Of a DNA stretch of 64,000 nucleotides, positions 12,863 through 23,300 are shown piece by piece. A program made the translations under genes and the position numbers. The notes under the pieces were generated by a model. The model ran no database searches and was not told the origin of the DNA. It saw only the letters and a list, made by a program, of their open reading frames with translations. Numbering within the stretch: the stretch's first letter is position 1; every line of letters starts with the position of its first letter. The stretch spans positions 104,660,991-104,724,990 of the forward strand of contig NC_068982.1 of the NCBI RefSeq assembly GCF_001194135.2. Direction: 5' to 3'. Origin of the DNA: Octopus bimaculoides (taxonomy: Eukaryota).

Positions 12863-15800
12863 GTAAACAAAAGTAAAATTAAATTTCTAAATATCTGAAA
12901 TGAGCTGTTCTTGATCATATAAATTTTCAGACAATTAACTTCATCGTTAGAGATAAAATCATCATCATCATCATCATTGTTTTAATGTCCATTTTCCCAT
13001 GCTTGCATGAGTCAGACAGAATTTATTGAGGTGCATTTTTATGGCCAGATGTCCTTCCCATAACCAGCCCTCACCTGTTTCCAAGCAATGTAGTATTTTC
13101 CCATAATTAGACATTTCTTTTTCACAAAAGACTGGAATTGAACAATCTCACTTGTATGACAATGCTGATCATTTACCATTATCACATGATATCTAAGCAA
13201 AGGTATGCACATGTTCATACATATCATCATTTAACATCCATTGTCCATGTTGGAATGGGATGGACAGTGTGACCAGGGCTGGCAAGCTGGGGAGTTGCAC
13301 CAGACTCCAGTCTGGTTTGGCATGGTTTCTACAGCTAGATGCCCTTCCTAATCCCAACCACTTTACAGAGTGTGCTGGGTGCTTTTATGTGGCACCACAT
13401 GGGCATTTTTATGTGGTACTGCACAAGGGCTTTTATGTGGCACCATATGGGCACTTTTATTTGACGCTGCATTTACATGTAACCACCATAAGTCCCTTAC
13501 ACCACCAGCAGGATCAGTCTTAACACTTCTGCTGCGGGGTACAGTATACACACACAACACAGGCTTCTCTCTGTCTACTTAATCCACTCACAAGGCTTTG
13601 GTTGGCCTTAGGGTATTTATACTTGAAGACATTGCCTAAGTTGGGGCTGAACCTGAAAACACGTTTTGGAAACAAGTTTCTTACCCACACAGCCATGCTT
13701 GTGCCTAAAAATATTTTAATATATGCATCTGCATTTCAGGACAGGCATTGTTGTGTGGGTAAGAAATTTGTTTCCTAACCTCTTGTTTTGGGGTTCAGGT
13801 CTACTGTGCAGCACTTTGAACAGCTGTCTTTTATTATAGCCCTACATTGACCAAATCCTTGTGTGTGGGTTGAAAGAAGCTCTATATATGCATGCACATG
13901 TGTGTCTGTATGTTTATTTACATTTGGGCTTCAAGTGGTAAAGTTACTGTCATTTTCCCTGTCAACAAATTATCCATTAGCTTTGTGCCTTTTGAAATGT
14001 ATGAAATAGGAGTTGTTTCACTCAAAAGAGAGGTGAGGAAGGACGTTCAACTGTAAAAAAAAAATGCTTTATTGATATATATCTGACCCATACTAGTGTG
14101 GAAAGACACATAAAAACAAACAAAAAAAGTACTAATGTAAAAACTGAAAATCTTATAATCTCTAAAGATAAATTTAATAATCTGAAAAATTATCTCATTT
14201 TAGAATTTATTCAAATTATTGTAAATATTTTGTCTTTGGCATTTCTTGAATTTTAAAAATCTTGGGTAAAACATCTTTTTTATAGGTGCAGGCATAGTTA
14301 TGTGGTTAAGAATCTCACTTTGCAACTACATGGTTTTGGGTTCAGTCCTACTGTATGGCACCTTCTACTATAGCCTCAGGTCAAATGATGCCTTGTGAAT
14401 GAATTTGGTTGACAGAAACTGTGTGGAGGCCTGTCATATATGTGTATGTTATTGTATTTGATCCCACACTGCTTGACAACTGGTGTTGGTTTGTTTACAT
14501 CCCTGTTCCTTAGCAATTCAACAAAAGACACTATTGGAATAAGTATCAGATTTAAAACAATATAACTACTTGGGTCAATTTGTTCAAATAAACTTGTCAT
14601 GGTGGGGCCCCAGCATGACCACTCACCAATGACTGAAACAAGTAAAAGATATAAGGTGTTTGCAGTTTGAAGATTTTAAGGCATGAGTTGCAATGTCGCT
14701 GGTGCCAAGCTGTATCGGCCTTTGCCTTTCCTTCGGATAACATCGGTGGCATGAAGTGGGGAGGCTGATATGCATGGATGACTGCTGGTCTTCTGTAAAC
14801 AACCTTGCCCGGACTTGTGCCTCAGGGGGGGGAACTTTCTAGGTGCAATCCCATTGTCATTCATGACCAAGTGGGGTCTTTGCCCTGTTGAAAGCATTTG
14901 GGCCAGGTCTCTGGTCTAAGAATGATATCCTCCTTCCTTCACCAATCTTGGAGGCTCTAAAGTCACTGGTGCTAACCTTCCCCTTTAAGCCATGCGAAAA
15001 AATTTTTTAAAAATCAATCTTTGATAAGTCATGTTGATGCAACACAATTTTTTCACACTTTCTCCCTTATCTATCTTGAAAATGTTAAAATTGTCCTTTT
15101 CCACATGGCTTAATACAGACATTCTTTGAAAATTGTGTTGTTTAAATTCTGCTGAGGCATCTTTGCCTTTGTCTTTCTGAGGTTGATAAAAATAAAGTAC
15201 CAGTGAAGTACTAGAATTGAAGATATTGACCAACTCCCTTCCCTTCAAAATTGTTGATCTTGTGCCTAAATTAGAAATAATTATTTCATTTCATTTTAAG
15301 CATGATAGTTTTCCATTATAGTTTGACCAGTAGGAGGAGAGTAATCAGTTATGTTATTAAAGGGGCATTTTTGCATAATAAGCTATTGTTGATAGTGACT
15401 AATGTGTGCAAGATCTGTGCATTTTTCTAATACTTTCATTAGGACACCTTTTATTATGTAAGTACTTGAACAAGAGTTAGTCAACAACAAAAACTGTTGC
15501 CTTGGTGATTATTTTTATTTACATGTTTGTTGTTTAGGCTACTTATCTATTTTATAATAGTTTGCAACTGGAATATTAAGAAATATATGTTAATCACTGA
15601 CTTAAGGCTGTAAACTGTGCATTAGCAATGCATCATCTTGAAACTTGATATTCCACTGAAGAGATGTCTTTTTTCTTTTTTTTTTTTAAGGAAATAAATT
15701 GGTTTCTGTTTTTGCTGGAGTAGCATGATAGTTGTCTCCAAACTTTAGAATTATTAGAATCATATGCACCAGGAAAACTGACCTAAACAGACAAGTAGTC

Positions 15801-18800
15801 TATACACTTTACTTTGTGTCAGATGTCTAAATTTTTAGAAAAATGATATTGGTATTTTTTCTTCTGTTAGAAACCTACTGTCCAGTGTCCTCTGTGTTGT
15901 GATTGGTTCAGACCAAAAGTGATTGAGAATCATGCTGCAAATTGTGGAATGTTTACAAGGCGAGAACTTCGTACAAGTAAAGATAATTTCATCATTAAAA
16001 TACCATTTTTGTATTCACCTTATAACAGAAATTCTTTTATTGAATTGACTTTAAAGAAATTTTGGATCATTTTGGTTTGACGGGCAACACTTGTTTTCTT
16101 AACGAAACACTTTCAAACTTGGGATACTGGTAGAAGGTGTCATATAAAACATCTTTTTCTCTTAGCCTTCTTAACAAAAATTAGTTCTTAATAAGTTATT
16201 TCATGTTGTCGTATTTATGTAACTTCAACCAATCACTGACATCTATTCAGCTGAATACAGTTAGTGCTCTTTTTATAAACAATAATTTTTACCGGTGTCA
16301 AGAGTGTTATTCCCTGTTTAATTATATCATTATTCCCTAGTAAGGGTTTAGGGTTTTAGGGTTAGGGTTAGGGCAAAAATAACCCTAACCATGATCCTAA
16401 AACTAACCCTAACTCTAAAACCCTAAAGCTAAAGCCAGTACAAACGCACAAATGATGTCATAAATAAGAGTAACACAGGTAGTTGTTGTTGACAAACAAT
16501 GGCACTAATTTTATTCAAGGGAAAAGATCCCATGACACCGTTGTTTACATTCCACACCATTAATTGTTTTCACCTCAATAGACATCAGTGATTGGTTGAA
16601 ATTACCGAAATACAACAACTTTTTACATGAAATAACTTCGAATACAAAATTTTTTATCTGTTCTATAATACAAAATATACAAGTATACGAAGTTTGAAAG
16701 TGTTTCGGTACCAAAAACACTACATAAAACATTAATGAAAAATGTTGTCCGTCAAACCAAAAAGATCCGAAATTTTTTTATAGATATTATTAATTTGAAG
16801 AAAAAACATACACACAACCTTAGTTATTTTAATTGTTAATAAGCTACAGTGAAAATTTGCTGATCCTGCACTTACCTTAAAATTTAAAAGCTATTAATCT
16901 TTGCTGCTATTATTTACACCTAAAAGACACAGCTTCAAGGTGTATTCTATAAATTCAACTCTTTATCAGTAACACTTGTATAGCAACACTTTTAAAGCAT
17001 ACAAATTTTTCAAGACCTTTCTTCAAATACCAGTATGATGTTTTTCATAATTTATATTTATGAAAATGTTTTATATTATTTAATTTTTTGTTTCTATTAT
17101 TAGAAATGTCACTAATTGCTGAAATGTGACAAGACTATTTTCCTTTCATTTCTTTTTCAGCTTCAGTTTCTCAACTTTTCTCAGATAACAAACCAAGTAC
17201 TGACATGTTAGGCTGTGATGCAAATAGCAAATTATCTGAAATTAGTGAAAATTCTGCTGCTATCATATCAAATCATGAAAGAGTTGTAGATAATTTAACT
17301 CCAAATGCATTAGTCTCAGATATTAAGCAATCAGAAAATCTGCCATTTGCTAACAAAATATTGAATGAAAGTAGAAGTGAAATAAATACATTTCCAGTGT
17401 CAGCTTTAGACAGAGATCAACAGAGTCAGGGAAATGGTAATAGCTTGAAGATAGTCCAACCTGTTTTGGATCTTCCTTTCAATTCTATTAGCACTCACAA
17501 AACTAAACAGCCTGATACACCCGACAGGTAACTAACAGTGTTTTTTTTTTTTCTTCTTCAAATATGTAGGCTAGGCCAAAATTTATAAACACACACACAT
17601 ATTTAAGTTGACTGAGATTTCAAATTTCGCCTTAACAACATAAATTTGACTTTATTATTTGCTTTCTATAAGTTAACACTAACTACTATTTATATATATA
17701 TATAATCATCATTATTGTTGTCATCATTTTTTAGCGTTCACTTTTCTATGCTTGCAAAAATTACTGAGTCAGATTTTCTACAGCTGGATGTCCTTGTTGC
17801 CAACCTTTCATATGAAATATTTTCCCTTGACCCAATATATTTTTTCATGAAAGACAAGAGACAAATGACCCTTTGTTCTGAAACCCAAAGGTGTCCTCTC
17901 CATTTATCTGAAATGATATTTCTACCATCTTATCTTTCTTGAGGGTCATGAACCTACACTTTTACACCTTAAACTGAGTCCATACAACCAGCTCCTCAAG
18001 CTTTCTCCAACCTCCTTCAACCTGCTCTTCCTAGCTTGACACAATGAGGCCACGAAACCCTCAATAAAGGGGCCATAATTCCTCCATAAATGGTAATTTT
18101 TCAATATGCTTCACATGTCAAAACTTCAATCCCCATTACAAAGATGAGTGATGAGCCTAGATATCATATGGGGGTTCCTATCTCCCAGCCATAAAAACCA
18201 TGCCAAAACTGAAAGACATGGTCCTCCAACCCATCAAATCCTGTCAGATTGTCCAACCCATGGCAGCATGGAAAACAGATGGGAAATGATGATGTTACCT
18301 AACACAACAGACACCTGAAGAAGGTTGGAGAGTATAATGACTGAAACATTGTTACTATAGCAACCAAGATAAATAATTTTATAGATAACTTCATTGGGAC
18401 AGACTTTGTTTTGTGAATGTAACTTAAATGAATTTGTTTATATTTTAAGTGTTACTCCTGAATTACTGGCAGAAGATTTTACTCAAATATCTGCAATTAA
18501 CCCTTACAGTACAAAAGGTAACTAGAATGTCTTTTCTTTTTAAGTATATTGCACAAGTAAGCATAGGTGAACCAACTGAAGTGTACAACATAATACGTCA
18601 GAAAATTTGAACTTCTGACCGATTTGGTTAATAATAGTCCAACACTTCACTGCTGATTGTCAACTCCAGAGTTGTCACCATAGCTACCATACATCGGAGT
18701 TTCCTCTCATGCTTCTTTTGAAAGGTAGTCATTAACGCTAATGACATTTTTATTTTTTCTCATTATGGGAATAATTTAGAACAATTAAAAATTCTTTTTT

Positions 18801-19787
18801 GCTTATTACATCAAATGTGATGGTTTGCACTTAACTGTAAAGAAACACTTCCTAAACAATGGTGCCACAAAGTTGCCTAGGACGTGTATTTGGTTTATCA
18901 GCACTCCTCCTCTTCACCTACATCTCTGCCTTACAACCCTTCAGTTGTCACACCTCTATAATCCTTTGACTGATTTCAGATATTAATTATGTACATTTTA
19001 TGAGATTTCATATAAACTGATATTAAACTTTCTTCCAGGATTCTTTCTAGTATTCTTATGGAGAAAGGATTTCATCATCATTGTAAATCAAACTGCACAT
19101 CAAATTCTTTTTAACCCATTCTTCTAACGGAAAAATTAATTCAGAAGTGTTCAGAGACTTTGCATATTATAATGCTAAGATTACTTTTCTCATTCTAGAT
19201 GCAAACATGTTATTCACTTAGTTCCATTTTTTTTTTTATAGAAATTTCAAAATCTCTGTAATAAAATTAGATATGTGAATTCTATATATCTCTTTTCCTT
19301 ATTCCTCAATTTTAAATTCAAATTTCTAATCCTGCCAAATGTTATGAAGAAATGGTTGTCTCCCATGTAATAGCTACACCCACAGGGGGAACTGCATGCT
19401 TTTTCTGTGTGTATATGTGTATATTTTTTTTAATTATAGATTCTGTTGAACATTGGAAAACTAATTCAGAAGTTAAAGACACAAAGTAAGATTTAATTTC
19501 TGATTTTCTTTGCTTTGTTTTTATATTGGTATTGCTCTGATTTATAGTTGTAGATTATTTTGGTTATTGTAATATCTTTTTGACTTTGCAGCCTCACCAT
19601 GAAACAGAAACGTTGTTACATTTGTGATGCTACCTATGGTGATGATAGTCTTTTTACAATGCATCTGAAGAGTTGTCGGGAAAAATACAAAAAACTAAAA
19701 GAAAAGTTTGAAAATAAATACAATAATAAAGAAACTCATCGAATAACTCGTAAACGGTCAAATGGAAAGTATGAAGATGACAAATGA
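11612..19787 (+). CDS. UIMC1: BRCA1-A complex subunit RAP80 / UIMC1-like protein, 5'-partial (6 exons, 677 aa reconstructed)
   Basis: Exons 11612-12862, 15871-15976, 17161-17527, 18450-18517, 19440-19485 and 19592-19787 join in phase (0,1,2,1,2) to 2034 nt. YVMVLLTFWNKFHSNLREKQSKCLNKIKWGEPVL resembles the Abraxas-interacting region of RAP80 (Y..VIL...LLNKKGFGEPVL, from memory). VQCPLCCDWFRPKVIENHAANC is a UBZ4-type finger and RCYICDATYGDDSLFTMHLKSC is a second C2HC finger, in the same order as in RAP80. Confidence 0.8.
12956..13600 (-). mobile_element. Two adjacent (GAT)n-tailed retroposon 3' ends
   Basis: catcat termini at about 12956 and about 13223; ~24-bp ttttatgtggcacc tandem units at 13381-13460. 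Confidence 0.75.
14285..14649 (+). mobile_element. CORE-type tRNA-SINE, near full length
   Basis: tRNA-like head (atgtggttaag...gggttcagtcc), ggcacctt core, actgaaacaagtaaaag tail. Confidence 0.8.
14682..14885 (+). mobile_element. 3' half of the SINE family seen at 56635-56967
   Basis: atgagttgcaatgtcgctggtgccaagctgtatcggcc...ggggtcttt aligns by eye with 56757-56960. Confidence 0.8.
14945..15122 (-). mobile_element. Decayed pogo/Tigger-like transposase N-terminus
   Basis: MSV..HV..KD..NI..KIDKGESVKK resembles the HTH_psq start, and a downstream DFRAS resembles the CENP-B F.AS.GW motif; internally deleted. Confidence 0.5.
15871..15976 (+). CDS. UIMC1: RAP80-like exon encoding the UBZ4 zinc finger
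   Basis: ttttttcttctgttag| acceptor and A|gtaaag donor; encodes KPTVQCPLCCDWFRPKVIENHAANCGMFTRRELRT. Confidence 0.88.
16057..16775. mobile_element. ~720-bp foldback/MITE element with a head-to-head telomere-like centre
   Basis: Nested inverted segments: ggatcattttggtttgacgggcaaca/tgttgtccgtcaaaccaaaaagatcc, gaaacactttcaaactt/aagtttgaaagtgtttc, aagttatttcatgt/acatgaaataactt, ttcaaccaatcactga/tcagtgattggttgaa. Centre is (TTAGGG)-like at 16341-16373 facing (CCCTAA)-like at 16381-16426. Confidence 0.92.
17161..17527 (+). CDS. UIMC1: RAP80-like exon
   Basis: Long polypyrimidine tract ending in cag (17160) and AG|gtaact donor; contains ORF 17205-17531; phases match both neighbours. Confidence 0.85.
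18450..18517 (+). CDS. UIMC1: RAP80-like exon (68 nt)
   Basis: ttttaag| acceptor and G|gtaact donor; encodes VTPELLAEDFTQISAINPYSTK; phase 2 to 1 fits. Confidence 0.75.
19440..19485 (+). CDS. UIMC1: RAP80-like exon (46 nt)
   Basis: ttttttaattatag| acceptor and AA|gtaaga donor; encodes DSVEHWKTNSEVKDT; phase 1 to 2 fits. Confidence 0.78.
19592..19787 (+). CDS. UIMC1: RAP80-like terminal exon (second C2HC finger plus basic helix)
   Basis: gactttgcag| acceptor, phase 2; encodes LTMKQKRCYICDATYGDDSLFTMHLKSCREKYKKLKEKF...EDDK*. Confidence 0.85.
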
Positions 19788-20241
19788 TCAAGAAAGAAAA
19801 GATGTGAAAAGTTTTGTAAGAAAATGAAAGTGCCTTCATTTGATAACAGATTGTTGAAAAGACTTATTTGTTAAATTTCATGTTCATGATTTAGTTAGCA
19901 TAAAAATGAGTAATACTGGCTAACATCTAGTGGAGAAATTTGAAATTTTTCTTTGTCTCGGAGAGTGAAGGCATGAGATCTTGCCACAAAATTCTGTGAT
20001 TATTCATTGTTTAGTTTCACCAAAAGGGACCACTTGTTATTGATTTCAATTACTTTCATTATTTTATATTTTGTGCTGATTAAAATATTTTTTCTGCTTT
20101 CTGTATGTGTGCACTTTCTTTTTTCTTCTTCCAAAGTTACTAACAACATCTAACATAAACAAATGGATGTCGGAACGATAATGAGCTAAACATCAACACG
20201 ATAAATAATTTGATAACAACATTTTTATAAAGTTCTATGGT

Positions 20242-20354
20242 TTATTCAGGATTCTGTATATATTGGGGCTGAACTTTGGCTACTTTACGTTTTTCTTTTA
20301 TTAAGGTATGTGGACACTGCATTTCCTTCCAGCTGATGGGTACCATAGGATAAC
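20242..20354 (-). CDS. EXOSC1: EXOSC1 exon 8, terminal (zinc-ribbon region)
   Basis: ttttttttag| acceptor, phase 1; encodes YPMVPISWKEMQCPHTLIKEKRKVAKVQPQYIQNPE*. Confidence 0.96.
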
Positions 20355-23300
20355 CTAAAAAAAAACAATGGCCTAAGATGATTCATATATTTACAACTAG
20401 AGGATAAATGATTCTGACAATCCATAATACAGGAGGGTTTTCTTTTTCTTCATCACTATTCATATTCTTTCTATTTCTGATTTAATATATTCTTAAATAA
20501 GTTGGGATGAAGTGGAAAGTTATAAAGGAAAAAATTTAAAGCTTCTAAAGTTCTGAAGCACTGCAGTATTTCATGTTAAGGAGAGGGAGATCAATATGAA
20601 TGAAACAAATCAAGGAAACCAGAGTAGAGGCAGCTCATAATCAACCAGAAGCATAGAGCAGAGGCTACCGCAGTAGCTACAGAATAGACAAAGAGAAGTA
20701 CAAGACATCTATGAACCAGAGGTTGGAGCTGATGACTCAGTCATTTAAATGGCTTTTCTTTGGTGATTTATTTCTATTTAAAAAATCTTATTCTATAATA
20801 AAGTCTAAACAACATCCACTCTCTCAGGAAATAAATTATTCTCCTGGTGGAATAGCCAAGAGTAGTATATTGCTTTTCAATCTCCTTTCAGCTGTATAAA
20901 AGGAAAGCAAAGTGGGCTTCAATAGTATTAAGAAATAGTAAGCTAAACTAGTGTAAAGTGTCTAGTCAGTAACTTTGCTGTCTGCCACGAGTGTTCAACT
21001 TAAAGAAAATACTGATTAAACTATACTGGGATGGGGGTGGTTACATAAAAAAAAGAATAATTTAAACACTATACCTGCTTCACTGGTTGCGACTACTACT
21101 CCTAGTTCATTTTCAGCTGTGGTCAACAGATATGAATGTGCATCTCCCAGTGAGAGATAATCAAGTTAAGGATACATTAGCAGATATTCATTCACAAAAT
21201 CAAGTTATGATTACAAGACATCGCTAAAGACTTACAATTTCAAGAAAGTGATTCTAAGAAGACTCTTGAAGTAGTTTCCTGTAACCCTCTGGACTCATAA
21301 AAGGTTTTGAACTCAGTATTGCAATCTCATGATGTCCAAATACAAAGTTCATCACTGATTATAGTAGTGACCTGTACTTCTTTATTGTTAAGTGGACTAT
21401 ACCTGGAAGAAAGTTAAGTTTCTTTACTGCCAACCTTCACCTGTTTCCTAATAAGATAGTATTTCCTCATGACCAGACATATTTTTCATGGAAAACTGGA
21501 AACAAACAACATTGCTTGTATGACAGTAGTGCTTACTTACAATCATCACAAGATATCAAGACAGGGACACATATATGAAGGCTTTCTTTCAGTTACTGTC
21601 TTCCAAATCCACTCGCAGGACTTTGGTTGAACTGAGGATATAATAGGACAAGGAGCTCGGTAGAGACATTGAACCCAAGACCACATGGTTGGGAAGCAAG
21701 CTTCTTAGCCATACCTGCACCTACACATTTGTTTTCCCTGCTGGTATGGATTGGATGGTTTGACCAGAGAGGTGCACCAGGCTCCAGTCTAACTTGGTAT
21801 GGTTTCTAAGGCTGGATGCACTTCCTAATACCAACCACTGCTTTTTATGTGGCATCAGTACAGGACTCTTGCAGGCCAATCCTCTTCACCAGGGGATGCA
21901 GCCATAACACTTCTGCTGTGAAGTATAGGCCTTCTTGAGTACGATAAGGCACCAGGTATCTCAGTCCTTTGTCATCTCGTCTGAAAGGTTCAGCATTCTG
22001 AGGTCATCCCATGTCTTCCTGGGTCTCCATCTCCCATGTGTTTCATCAACTTTGAGAGATCAGCACTTTATGGAGCTGTTGCCATCCATCCACATCACAT
22101 GACCAAATGCATTTTATGCTTTGCATGAAAACTGCTGAGGTATAGACAGTGATAGCTGTTGATATTTCCTTGTCAATAAATCATTCAGTAGCTCTGCACA
22201 AGTAGAATGAAAAGTCTTACTTGAAAACAGGAAAGCGTTCGTGACAAAGAGCACATTCAGCTATAAAAACAATGCTTCTATAAATTGTAATAAAATGTAT
22301 TCATCTAACCCATGCTAGCAGGGAACAACAAAAGAAGATAACCAATGACAGAGTATATTAAATCATTTAAAATATTATGTATTATAAAGAAAAGGATACA
22401 ACTTTAGCTACAATGATATCACCAGGGCGGAAACATTGATACATTTCAACCTAGAAAGGAATATAAATGTTAGAAATGGAACATATAAGAAGTTTTTCTT
22501 CAATTCTGGAGATTAATCAACCACCTCCCTAATGAAAATTGGATATGTCAGAATAATTCACTTAAATAAGTTTTAAAATATCAGTGGTAGTATCATGATT
22601 TTAATTAATGATTATATGACATTCAAAACATTTTTAAGAGGCTGAAATGGGGTTCCTCTGAAGGACCTCTACTATAACTTTGATCAACAGGGTATGTAGC
22701 TCGGAGATCAGGTAGATTCTCCAAGTCAACCCACTACTTTTCCACATTGAGAGGTTACAGTTTCAGTATTACAAATATGGTCAGAATATCGCAAGAAAAA
22801 AATCACAAGACATTCTTCGAGTTGAGTCAACCAACAGATCACAAGCAAGACGGTTGAATAATATCTGTAGGCTCAGTTGGTCATGCTTGAGAATCCATCA
22901 GGAAATTTAATGACAGTAACTTCTGAGAGGATTCTATGGAGGAGGTACCCGAAGACGATCCTCCTAAGGATAGTGAGCAGTGAGAATAGATGGACAGATA
23001 GATTTTTAAATAATCATGTTTTATAAAAATATATTTGATAACCAGATATAGACTCAAATCAGAAAGTTGATTTACTAAGAACACAATTTAAACCATCACA
23101 AAAAGAGACAAAGAGAAATTCGGTCACCTACTTTGTCTTTCTCAGTAGCTTTCACATCTTCTTTCCTGTCAAAATTAGAGAAAAACTAATGAAATATCAG
23201 ATAGAAACATCCCAGCTATGAATCATTTTAAACTATTCAATAATTAAGAACCAATAACAATAATGTTCTAACAGTACCAGTGGAAATTCCATGATTATTT

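Noticed and set aside
16341-16426. True telomere fusion or interstitial telomere
   Set aside because: Short, degenerate and centred within a TIR element; better explained as part of the foldback element
22881-23084. 67-aa ORF and a plus-strand MEEVPEDDPPKDSEQ* peptide in EXOSC1 intron 5
   Set aside because: No splice support or homology; in-frame stop immediately upstream
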